Shown here: one piece after another, positions 18,168 to 26,684 of the stretch
How positions within the stretch are numbered: position 1 is the stretch's first letter
Layout of the letters: every line of letters begins with the position of its first letter
Source: Candidatus Latescibacterota bacterium
GTDB taxonomy: Bacteria > Latescibacterota > UBA2968
DNA: 64,000 nt
Reading direction: 5' to 3'
NCBI GenBank assembly: GCA_965205975.1
Contig: OZ242195.1
Coordinates: 672,001-736,000, forward strand
Position numbers and translations under genes: made by a program
Notes under the pieces: generated by a model
The model's database searches: none
Seen by the model: only the letters and a program-made list of their open reading frames with translations
What the model was told of the DNA's origin: nothing

Positions 18168-18241
18168 GCTCAATAATACGACGATGTCATAAAATGGAAT
18201 GTTTCGGATGGGATAGGGAGGGATTCATATTCCCTGTCTTT

Positions 18242-19378
18242 CTATGGCGTATCGATCCACCAGTGATACACGTTCGTCAAGTGCTGTTCATACGCATGCG
18301 ACGCCTGCAGTAGCAGCCGATTCCGCTTGTGTGGATTCAGCGATCCGACCACGATGCTGTTCGAATATGCTGCGATTCCCTTCTCGCGCATCCTCAAGTA
18401 GATGCCGTCATCCCAGGCAAAGCCATCTCGTGAAGCATATAGAACAAAGTGACCTTTTTCCTCTTTCTTACCCTGCAAGAATGCACTGCGTCCGTGCATG
18501 AAATAACAGCCGTTTAGCACGGCCATCTGAGGGTTTCGGATCTTCTTTTTAAAGTGTGCGATCCTTGGTTCGGACCAGGTCCGACCATCGTCGTCGCTCA
18601 CCACATAGTCCATCGTGTGCTCAGCCTTGCTGTTGTATATGTACACAATGATGTTTCCGTTATCGCGTATCCCCATGGTTCCATACGATTTCCCAATGGT
18701 GTCGAAGGGAAGCTCGCTGCGCTTCTCGAAGGTCCGGCCGCCGTCTCGGCTCACGTGCAACTCGTACACATGCTCGGGCTTGTTGCCCAGGAAATTGATC
18801 TCGTTGTCGTTCCTGAAGTGGAGCGCGAGTATCTCTCCGTTGTGATACTTTGCATCGTAGAGCCTGCCCCGACTGTCGCACAGTGCAGATGGCTCACGCC
18901 ATGTGTACCCTCCATCCGGACTGCTGATGTATGTCGGCACCTGAAATTGCCTCCAAATGACATTGGCCGTGATATCACATACAAGAAAAAAGAGGACGAT
19001 TTCACCCTTGTCCGTTCGAATTGCCTTCTCGGCGAAGGCGGACAATTTCTTGCTGGTCTTCCCGCTCTGTCCGGTGTCGAACAAGTTTTTCGAATAGGCG
19101 ACCACGTTCCGATCGCTCCAGGTCTCGCCGCTGTTTTCCGATCGCTTGTATTCCATCCAGCCTCTAGCCGAGTGGCCCTTGCCAGACTTCTTCGGGTTGT
19201 GGCTTTCGGCGGAGCAGTTCGGATAGAAGGCGAGGATCTTCCCGTCCTCATACTCCACCAGTGCGTGCCCGAGATTTCCACCTCTTTTTGCCGGGGAGTG
19301 ATCGACGAAGAGAATCCCATCGTTCGGTGGGTCTTTGGGGGTGATCTCATAATCTGCTATGTTTGGGTTCGCGTCCAC
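18242..19378 (-). CDS. BNR/Asp-box sialidase-like beta-propeller protein
   Basis: Five Asp-boxes: SENSGETW, SPDGGYTW, SRDGGRTF, SDDDGRTW, SRDGFAW; GTG start with RBS GGGAGG. Confidence 0.85.
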   Translation of the reverse strand: MDANPNIADYEITPKDPPNDGILFVDHSPAKRGGNLGHALVEYEDGKILAFYPNCSAESHNPKKSGKGHSARGWMEYKRSENSGETWSDRNVVAYSKNLFDTGQSGKTSKKLSAFAEKAIRTDKGEIVLFFLVCDITANVIWRQFQVPTYISSPDGGYTWREPSALCDSRGRLYDAKYHNGEILALHFRNDNEINFLGNKPEHVYELHVSRDGGRTFEKRSELPFDTIGKSYGTMGIRDNGNIIVYIYNSKAEHTMDYVVSDDDGRTWSEPRIAHFKKKIRNPQMAVLNGCYFMHGRSAFLQGKKEEKGHFVLYASRDGFAWDDGIYLRMREKGIAAYSNSIVVGSLNPHKRNRLLLQASHAYEQHLTNVYHWWIDTP

Positions 19379-19398
19379 AAGTGCCTCCCTGGATGAAT

Positions 19399-20847
19399 TT
19401 AAATGCCTTTGTAGCTTCTGGCGGAGTACATTTCAAAGCCTTCGGGGCCGGGGTATCCGTCGAAGAGGTTGCATTCGGGTACATTGCCGGGTGCGCCATT
19501 TTTGAGCCAGTCGATGAAGATGGGGTCGGCATTGCGGTGTTCGAGTTCGGCGAGGCCCGATGCGTGAAGGTCTTGAACGCGGTCGGGATTTTCAGAAGCG
19601 ATATTGTCCAGAGAGCCGTAGGAGGTGAGGATGCTGTCTTCGGGGTTGGGGTGCCATTCGAGATAGCCTTCTTGATCGAAGACGGTAAAGTAGCCGCGTT
19701 GAAGATGTCGCATCGCTTTGCCGCGCGCCACGCCTGATAGGGCGATTTTGCGATTGCCCATGCTGTTTTCACGTGCAGCTTTGAGGATGTCATAACTTTC
19801 GATATTGTCGGGAACAGGCGCGCCTGACAGGTTAGCGATGGTGGCGAAGAAATCTTGTGGTTGAAAGATGGCAGAACTGCGACCTGTATCGCCTTCGGGT
19901 GTTTTGATGAAAAGTGGGATGTGGATTTCTTGTTCGCGAACGGGTGCGCCTTTGCCGAATCTGCCGCGTTCACCGACGTTGGTGCCGTGATCGCCTGCGA
20001 CGAGTATGGCGGTGTTTTTATCCAGGCCTGTGGCTTCAAAGGCTTCGAGGAATCGGCCAAAGCAGTGGTCCATCCAGGTGACTTTGGCTGCATAACTCGC
20101 TTTGATGCGTGCTCTGGCTTCATCGGGTAAGTTGGGATTGCTGCGGGCTTGCGTTCCTCCCTTGAAGGTGCGCGGATCGAGCCGACCGTCATAGCCAGGT
20201 GTTTTGTCGTATTTGAGCATGTATTCGGGGGGTACGTCCCAGGGTTCGTGGGGGTCAAAGCAGTCGATCCAGAGGAAGAAATTTTCCCGGTTTTTATTGT
20301 CGCGGAGAAATTCGGCGACGGTGTTGAAGAGTCTGGCGCAGTTCCAGTCGTCTAAGTTTTCACGGCCTCTGTTGGTGCGAGCATATTGTATGGTTGGTAT
20401 TGGGAGTTCGTCTTCAAGGATGTCAAAGAGCGGGTCTTTTGCCCAGTTGCTGGGCCATTTGGCTTCGTCATTCATCCAGGCGCGGTCAACTTCGGCACCG
20501 CGGATGAAGGTCCAGGTGTGAAAGGGATAATCAAAGGCGTGGCCCCCGTTGACGAGGTGGGGGGTGTCGTGCAGGAGTTGCGTTGCGTAGCCTGCTTCGC
20601 CGAGGACATACGGCAGTGCATTGGTGTTGAAGGGCAGTGGTTTCCAGGCGTGAAAGGGGCTGCCGTATTTGCCAGTCATGACGTCGGTGCGATAGGGGAT
20701 GGTGGGGAAGCTCGCTGCGAAGGCACGGTCGAAACACCAGGATTGTGAGGCCAAGCGGTCGAGGTTGGGTGTTTCGATCCAGTCATTGCCGTTGGCACCG
20801 ATATAGTCGTAGCGCATGGTGTCGATGATTAAGAGAATGATGTTCAT
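19399..20847 (-). CDS. Sulfatase-family protein with Thr at the catalytic position
   Basis: MNIILLIIDTMRYD, TPNLDRLA, FPTIPYRTDVMTG (TxPxR in place of C/SxPxR), FDPHEPW, GDHG. Confidence 0.9.
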   Translation of the reverse strand: MNIILLIIDTMRYDYIGANGNDWIETPNLDRLASQSWCFDRAFAASFPTIPYRTDVMTGKYGSPFHAWKPLPFNTNALPYVLGEAGYATQLLHDTPHLVNGGHAFDYPFHTWTFIRGAEVDRAWMNDEAKWPSNWAKDPLFDILEDELPIPTIQYARTNRGRENLDDWNCARLFNTVAEFLRDNKNRENFFLWIDCFDPHEPWDVPPEYMLKYDKTPGYDGRLDPRTFKGGTQARSNPNLPDEARARIKASYAAKVTWMDHCFGRFLEAFEATGLDKNTAILVAGDHGTNVGERGRFGKGAPVREQEIHIPLFIKTPEGDTGRSSAIFQPQDFFATIANLSGAPVPDNIESYDILKAARENSMGNRKIALSGVARGKAMRHLQRGYFTVFDQEGYLEWHPNPEDSILTSYGSLDNIASENPDRVQDLHASGLAELEHRNADPIFIDWLKNGAPGNVPECNLFDGYPGPEGFEMYSARSYKGI

Positions 20848-20904
20848 TGTAAACCTCTGGGGGTGAATAGATGAATCAGGGGTGATATTGTAACACAATA
20901 CTTT

Positions 20905-22143
20905 TCATGGTTCTTTGTCTTCGATACTAACAATAGATGGAATCATCCGGGCAGATGTTCCGAGAATGAGGGTTAGTACTCCCGCTGCTAAGAACCACGG
21001 CTGCGGGCCAAAAATATCGGTTACGGGACCTATCACGATGAGACCAAGCATAGTTGTAAATTGCACGGAACTATGGAGAGCACCAAATACGCGGCCTTGT
21101 AGATGGGGATCGACATTGGCCTGAAGGAGTGCGCGGAGAGGCGCGTTAATTAGCGAGCTACCGACACCGCTTAAAGCTATGCCCGTGATGGCTAAAGCAA
21201 AGCGGGTATGAGGGGCGATACCTACGAGTATTGTTCCAATGCCATACACAATCCAGCCGAAGATCGTCGTCATGATTCGGCGACGGAATCCACCCCAGGC
21301 CCCGACCAGAAGACCTCCCAGGACAATGCCCACTCCCCAGGCAGAATTAAACCAACCAAGTTCGGTAGCACCTCCATTGAAGTGATCTGTTATCAAGAGG
21401 GGCGAGATGGTCATCTTCGTGTTCCCAAATATGTTTAATACGGCAGCAATTAAGATTAAGTTCCGAAGACCAGTCCATCTCCACAAATAACGAAATCCTC
21501 CCAGCATATCAGCCCAGATTCCAACCTCCTGGCTTTGCTTTTCCTCCATCCTTTTTGGTTGTGGAATCATGATGAAGATGAGGGGGCCGATAGCCAGCGT
21601 CGCCGTCAAAACATCGATGGCCAATATGAGATGTATCTCGAACACAGCCAACGCCAGTGCTCCAAGGGGGGGACCTCCCATACTGAGTACTCCATGCAGG
21701 GTTTGATTCGTCCCCTGAATCCTGGCCAGATGTTTTTCGGGTACCATCAAAGGCGTGGAAGTTATCATTGCCAGGCCCTGGAATGCACGGCCTATACTCG
21801 CCAGGAAGTTTACTGCGTAGATATGCCAGATCTCGATAATTTCCATCCAGAAAAGACCAGCAAGACCTGCCATGGCTATTGCAACAAGCGTATCCGAGAC
21901 GAGCATTACAATTCGGCGGTTCCATCTATCATTCAGTGCGCCAATGATGGGAGCCAGGAAGACTTCTGGCAGATAGGCGACAAGGACTGAGGTCGCGAGA
22001 ATGGTCGCAGATCCTGTCTTTTCCGTAAGCCACCACACCAGGGCAAACTGTGCAACTTGGGTTCCAAGAGACGACAGCGTTTGTCCGGTCCAGATGGTAA
22101 AGAAGCCGCCAGCCCATGATCCGTCTCTATTTAGATGAATCAA
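20905..22143 (-). CDS. MFS transporter (MefA/DHA3-like)
   Basis: About 12 TM segments; IWTGQTLSSLG, QFALVWWLT, GALNDRWNRR motif A, QGRVFG. Confidence 0.92.
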   Translation of the reverse strand: MIHLNRDGSWAGGFFTIWTGQTLSSLGTQVAQFALVWWLTEKTGSATILATSVLVAYLPEVFLAPIIGALNDRWNRRIVMLVSDTLVAIAMAGLAGLFWMEIIEIWHIYAVNFLASIGRAFQGLAMITSTPLMVPEKHLARIQGTNQTLHGVLSMGGPPLGALALAVFEIHLILAIDVLTATLAIGPLIFIMIPQPKRMEEKQSQEVGIWADMLGGFRYLWRWTGLRNLILIAAVLNIFGNTKMTISPLLITDHFNGGATELGWFNSAWGVGIVLGGLLVGAWGGFRRRIMTTIFGWIVYGIGTILVGIAPHTRFALAITGIALSGVGSSLINAPLRALLQANVDPHLQGRVFGALHSSVQFTTMLGLIVIGPVTDIFGPQPWFLAAGVLTLILGTSARMIPSIVSIEDKEP

Positions 22144-22728
22144 TCATCTCTCCTTTTTGTCTGAATCGGCAAGAAAGAATGTTCCCCTCTTTTTGAACTG
22201 AAAACTCTCATCGGGTACGACGAACGCCAGTTTATCACACAAAAAAGAGCCAGACGGAACTGAATTTTGGAGCCGTACACAAAGCTCAAGGCTCTCGTCT
22301 ATGGAGATGAACTCAGCAATGGTCATGTGCGGAGCTATGTTGCGCCTGTGATACGCTTCGCCGGAAAATGCCGATGTACTGTGGAGGATCTGCTTTAAAT
22401 TATCGATAGGCTCTCGTGGCCTTATCGGATACGAGACACCAGGATGCCTCGTTGAGGCATGCGGCTTGTCGTAATGAAGCGTGAATGGCTGGACATCAGT
22501 AAGGACGTTGTTGATTTCATCGATAAGATCAGGCGTCATTTTCCGGCTCAAGGGATCTGACAAAGAGATGTGCGTCGGACAGGAGGTAGCTGAGCGGGGA
22601 TCATACTTTGCCCGCAAGAGATCAATCTCCTGAGATACCTCTGGAGGGGGCATGATAAGGATGAGGCCAAAACAGTAGTCGCGTTGCCAATCTTCCCACT
22701 TCGATGTGTCTTTTACGTATGAAATCAT
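22144..22728 (-). CDS. 2H phosphoesterase (2'-5' RNA ligase family)
   Basis: LRAKYDP and two H-x-S/T motifs (THISL, PHMTIA). Confidence 0.88.
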   Translation of the reverse strand: MISYVKDTSKWEDWQRDYCFGLILIMPPPEVSQEIDLLRAKYDPRSATSCPTHISLSDPLSRKMTPDLIDEINNVLTDVQPFTLHYDKPHASTRHPGVSYPIRPREPIDNLKQILHSTSAFSGEAYHRRNIAPHMTIAEFISIDESLELCVRLQNSVPSGSFLCDKLAFVVPDESFQFKKRGTFFLADSDKKER

Positions 22729-22754
22729 GAGGAACTCTCACGGGGTGATAGCAT

Positions 22755-22954
22755 AGACGTGTTAGCCGATCATGGCGCTTATTTGCGCCGCTGATCAGCA
22801 ATATACTCACGTAGCTTCTCGATCGAGGGAGAATCCACATCCCGCAGCGGTGCACCAGCCGGGTGTTTGTGGAAATTTACCTTTTCGTCCAGTTGGGCTT
22901 CAGCTAGGAAACATGCCGCTTCAGTGTTCTGTAGCGGCATGACGGCTAACGTCT
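22755..22954. repeat. About 200-bp segment bounded by imperfect inverted repeats, containing a 53-codon ORF
   Basis: Left AGACGTGTTAGCCGATCATGGCGCT vs reverse complement of right AGACGTTAGCCGTCATGCCGCT; internal hairpin 22912-22941; minus-strand ORF 22779-22940. Confidence 0.45.
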
Positions 22955-23040
22955 TCGACTTAAGAAAAAAATACCTGGCTTCGGTTTATACCCCATTTTT
23001 CGATTTACAGCAAGTATTCGTTCATTATTGGCATTATAAG
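22946..23040 (-). pseudogene. C-terminal remnant of a GNAT acetyltransferase
   Basis: YNANNERILAVNRKMGYKP matches the GNAT motif B end (N-x-x-x-N...N-x-K-x-G-Y/F); no start or N-terminal half. Confidence 0.55.
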
Positions 23041-23588
23041 CTGTAGATCCATTTGTCCCGATGTAAGAGAAATACAGACCGCTCGGGCAACATGCGGTCC
23101 TTAAATTCGCCTCTACCCGGCCCGGGCGGTACGCGCTCAACTTCCTCGAAACCCAGCCGACGGAGAAGACGGACAGACCGTTTGTTTGCTACAACGCATC
23201 TGGCTTCAATTTCGCCGAGGTCCAAATCTTCAAAACCCACCTGCAAGATGCTCCGGACAGCTTCTGACGCAAAGCCCTGACCCCAATAAACGGGCGACAA
23301 TTCGTAGCCTATGTCACCCTGTCGGCTTTCAATGCTTTCTGTGCGTATTCCGCAATTACCGAGTAATATTCCATTTGAGCGGTCCGTGATGGCCAGCTGG
23401 AATTTGCATCTCGGATTTTCTTTAGACCATGCAATGCATTTATCTACAAAGCGGACGCACTCCTCTCTGGTGTAGGCGGGCCGGTAGTAGTATTCCAGAT
23501 ACTTGGGGTCTCTCCTGTACTCGGCGATGGCATCCACGTCTTGTTTGGTGAACTCTCTCAGAAGCAGGCGTTCAGTCAGTTTTTCCAT
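23034..23588 (-). CDS. GNAT N-acetyltransferase, RimJ/RimL-like
   Basis: TERLLLREF, IGYELSPVYWGQGFASEA, NKRSVRLLRRLGF. Confidence 0.92.
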   Translation of the reverse strand: MEKLTERLLLREFTKQDVDAIAEYRRDPKYLEYYYRPAYTREECVRFVDKCIAWSKENPRCKFQLAITDRSNGILLGNCGIRTESIESRQGDIGYELSPVYWGQGFASEAVRSILQVGFEDLDLGEIEARCVVANKRSVRLLRRLGFEEVERVPPGPGRGEFKDRMLPERSVFLLHRDKWIYSL

Positions 23589-23607
23589 ATAGAAAGACCG
23601 TTTTGAA

Positions 23608-24561
23608 TTACGTTTGAAGCCTTTGAAAAGCCTTAAGAGTTGATGGATCAGTGACTATTTCCCTTGCGGCTTCAATAGTCAACCATTTGGCAGCATAAAA
23701 TTCCTGTAGATCAATGTTGAAATTGCTGCCATCTGTAAGAAGTAAATACCAGATGTCATAATGAGACTGGCAGGGTTGCACGGGATTTTCTATTGGTGTA
23801 ATGGTCAACAAAAACGGTTGTGGTTCAGATTTAAAAAAGTTCCATACTCCCAATTCTTCACCTATCTCACGGTTCAAAGCTGCCAAAAGCGTCTCGTCTT
23901 TATCTATATGACCACCAGGAGAAAGCCAAAGACCAGACTTTTTATGGTGGATGACAAATACCTTTTTGCTCTGGGTATCATAGGGCAGAAAATAGACACA
24001 AAAATGGGTCTCCGGATTTTCATCTCGCGTTGGTTTTCCTTCTTTCACTCTTTGTTTATAGAGAGTATAGGTTTCCCCATTGTCACATATATCACGGTCG
24101 ATAACTTTTGCAATTGATTCTTGTGTTTTCATATTGAAGTTTCTGCTCTTATGATACCTGAATACACGCTTGCCGATACGCACTTTGTTACGCTCAAGAA
24201 ATTTGTAGCCTGCCTGTTTCAGCGTATAGGACTTGTATTTGAACTTGCTACGGAATTGTGGCGGTCGCTTGTTGTCTCTGGCAAAGAATCTCTTATAGCC
24301 AAAGTCTATGCGCTCAATCACATTTTGCAATGCCTGAGACGGTAGCAGACGCCAGTGGGCAAAGCGCGGCGTGTCCTTCAGCTTCTTGAGGTGATTGATC
24401 AGTGTGAACTTACTCGGATACTTGCCAAATCGCTGGTAGTATCGCTTATGTAGTGCGATGAAGTGATTATACACTTCGGCAAAGTCGTTTATCTCATGGT
24501 GGAGATACCGATTGCGGTCACACGTTGAATACAACTTGAATTTGTAGGTCAGGTAGTCCAT
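23608..24561 (-). CDS. In-frame fusion of TnpB N-terminal region (about 141 aa) and a Nudix hydrolase
   Basis: Residues 1-141: TYKFKLY...VYNHFIALHKRYY...LPSQALQNVIERIDFGYKRFF...RPPQFRSKFKYKSYTLKQAGYK (IS605 OrfB/TnpB). From M144 (24132): complete Nudix box GHIDKDETLLAALNREIGEELG. Confidence 0.85.
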   Translation of the reverse strand: MDYLTYKFKLYSTCDRNRYLHHEINDFAEVYNHFIALHKRYYQRFGKYPSKFTLINHLKKLKDTPRFAHWRLLPSQALQNVIERIDFGYKRFFARDNKRPPQFRSKFKYKSYTLKQAGYKFLERNKVRIGKRVFRYHKSRNFNMKTQESIAKVIDRDICDNGETYTLYKQRVKEGKPTRDENPETHFCVYFLPYDTQSKKVFVIHHKKSGLWLSPGGHIDKDETLLAALNREIGEELGVWNFFKSEPQPFLLTITPIENPVQPCQSHYDIWYLLLTDGSNFNIDLQEFYAAKWLTIEAAREIVTDPSTLKAFQRLQT

Positions 24562-24791
24562 TATTCTCTTGTTTTTTGTCGGTTTTAGTTTGTATTTTTA
24601 ATGACTTAAACATAAGTAAAATATATACTTATGTATCGTTTTTGTCAAGCAGAAAGAGCACTTGTGCTAAGCATGTTCCGTGACGATTTTACACGGAAGC
24701 AGAAACAAAATCATAAGCCATTGCAAAACAACGCTCGCCAACTCGCGTCTGCTTCCCACGCCTAAAGGCTGTGGGCTTTACGGGCTATTTG
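24133..24791 (-). mobile_element. Truncated IS200/IS605-family element (left end plus 5' tnpB)
   Basis: Minus strand TTTAT|CAAATAGCCCGTAAAG-CCCACAGCCTTTAGGCGTGGG: subterminal hairpin preceded by AAAG, like the IS608 left end. No tnpA, RuvC or right end seen. Confidence 0.75.
24610..24648 (-). promoter_or_regulatory. sigma70 promoter of the tnpB-Nudix gene with overlapping palindrome
   Basis: TTGACA(24648-24643)-17 nt-TATATT(24625-24620); perfect inverted repeat ACATAAGTA-N7-TACTTATGT (24610-24634). Confidence 0.7.
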
Positions 24792-24958
24792 ATAAAGTAA
24801 CAATTTCATATGAATCATTCGGTTCTGAAAAAAGTTTCGATGACCTTCTTGAACTGACTGCAAAGGTCTATGAAGGACTCTCCGCTGACGACATCGACGG
24901 CATTGAGAAGATTGCACACGGCCGTCGCGATTTTTTTGGAGATAGAACAGGTGCTTAA
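24792..24958 (+). pseudogene. 3' remnant of an AF2212/DUF104-like antitoxin gene cut by the IS
   Basis: KVTISY...DDLLELTAKVYEGLSADDIDGIEKIAHGRRDFFG* begins right at the IS left end; the N-terminal part is missing. Confidence 0.55.
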
Positions 24959-25073
24959 CATTCCCATTCTATCAACTAAACATCGGAAAATCAATTTGAT
25001 AATTCGGCTTGCGAGATGTATTTTCGATTATAGATCTCGCTCTGCTTTAAACCTCCCAAACCGAGGAGAAACC

Positions 25074-26684
25074 ATGTTGCGAGTCAGCGACCCCGACCTG
25101 ATCGCCCACTGGCCGTTCCGGGAAGACCTGAAAGACCATTCCGAAAGCGGTCTGCCCATCCAAAATCACGGTGTTGAAATCGGGGAATCAGGTGGACAAA
25201 GAAGCGCCCAATTCGACGGGGCGGAAACCTTTCTGGAAGTTCCCTGCGACCTGTCTATAGGGACAGGCGATTTTTCATGCGCCGGATGGATCTATACGGA
25301 AGAAACTGAAGTGGTCGGCGATATTCTCAGCCAATTCGATCCGGAAACCCGCCAGGGATGGCAGATTTCGGTCCTCACCAATACCGGAATGACCTCCACT
25401 GCCCAATCGAATTACCGCAACCTCCACTTTGGCATCGACAACGGGCATCTCGGGTCCTGGACCGATTGCGGTCGTCCCGGTCAGGCGGTCAAAATATCTG
25501 CACTTTCAACATTAGGTGGACACCTGTACGCCGGCACCTTTGAGAATGGCGAAGAAGAGGTCGGCCACCTGTGGCGCTATGAAGGGGAAAAACGCTGGAC
25601 CGATCTGGGCAATCCAGTCGGATGCAACTCTGTCAACGCCGTCGTCGAATTTCAAGGCGCGCTCTACTGCGCTCTCGGCCGGTATAATAGCATCGGCTCC
25701 GCTCTGGGCGATCCCCTGAACACCACACCCGGTGGCCAGGTTTATCGGGTCGATGCCGATGGTCAATGGACTTTTTGCGGACATCCAGGCATCGAAGACG
25801 CCACACCCGAAGAAACACCCACCACGGGACACAACACGGGCAAAGCCGACAACGCCACCGCGCTCACAGTCTATCAGGGTCGGCTCTACGCCACCAGCCT
25901 CTACCGCGAGGGTGCCTTTGTCTATGATGGCGGCACCACCTGGACGCCCATAGGTCCAGACGTGCGGCTGATGAGTTTCACCGTCTATCGGGACAGGCTC
26001 TACACCCTCGTCAATGGCGGCCCGGTTCTTCGCTACGAAGGCAACGCCGAATGGACCGACTGCGGCTGTCCAGAAACCTCTACCCAGACCTACTCGGCGG
26101 TCACTTTCAAGGGGCAACTCTATGTCGGCACCTGGCCTCAGGGCGAAGTCTATCGATATGACGGCAATACGACCTGGACCTGTCTGGGGCGGGCCGGGTA
26201 CGAACGTGAGATTATGGCGATGGGACTTTACAACGGCAAAGTCTATATCGGCTCGCTCCCAATGGCCAATGTCTGGCGGATGGACGGCAATCGGTTCACA
26301 TTCTTAGAGTCTCTGGACCGCACGTCCGCGCCCCTGCGGCGGGTCTGGTCCATGGCCATTTATGAGGGCCGCCTCTATGCTGGCACCCTGCCGTCTGGAC
26401 ACGTCTATTCGGTCGAAGCCGGAAAAGTCGCCACCTGGGACCGCGCATTTCCCGAAGGATGGCGACACGTAGCCGCTGTCAAGCAGGGCGGCGTTCTGAC
26501 CCTGTACGTCGATGGAATCTCCGTCGCTACAACAGATAGCTTCAATCCAAAACGCTACGACCTCGATCCCAACTGTCCTCTCTTAATCGGCTTTGGTGCC
26601 CACGACTATTTCAAAGGCGCCCTGCGAGACATTCGTATCTATCGCCGGGGCCTCACACAACGGGAAATCCAGCGCCTTCAGTGA
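25074..26684 (+). CDS. LamG-like jellyroll domain protein with inserted beta-propeller repeats
   Basis: N-term LIAHWPF...AQFDG...GDFSCAGWI and C-term WRHVAAV...LYVDG...FKGALRDIRIYRRGL flank repeats of the form (Y/F)xGxLYxGT...VYRY(D/E)GxxxW; RBS GAGGAG. Confidence 0.8.
   Translation: MLRVSDPDLIAHWPFREDLKDHSESGLPIQNHGVEIGESGGQRSAQFDGAETFLEVPCDLSIGTGDFSCAGWIYTEETEVVGDILSQFDPETRQGWQISVLTNTGMTSTAQSNYRNLHFGIDNGHLGSWTDCGRPGQAVKISALSTLGGHLYAGTFENGEEEVGHLWRYEGEKRWTDLGNPVGCNSVNAVVEFQGALYCALGRYNSIGSALGDPLNTTPGGQVYRVDADGQWTFCGHPGIEDATPEETPTTGHNTGKADNATALTVYQGRLYATSLYREGAFVYDGGTTWTPIGPDVRLMSFTVYRDRLYTLVNGGPVLRYEGNAEWTDCGCPETSTQTYSAVTFKGQLYVGTWPQGEVYRYDGNTTWTCLGRAGYEREIMAMGLYNGKVYIGSLPMANVWRMDGNRFTFLESLDRTSAPLRRVWSMAIYEGRLYAGTLPSGHVYSVEAGKVATWDRAFPEGWRHVAAVKQGGVLTLYVDGISVATTDSFNPKRYDLDPNCPLLIGFGAHDYFKGALRDIRIYRRGLTQREIQRLQ

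Noticed and set aside
18029..18313. 94-aa plus-strand ORF
   Set aside because: It is the antisense of the tRNA gene and of the end of the sialidase-like gene; no protein-like motifs.
12900..24600. Integron cassette array
   Set aside because: No tyrosine integrase and no repeated attC-like palindromes between genes; only one partial core-site-like pair at 22761-22950.
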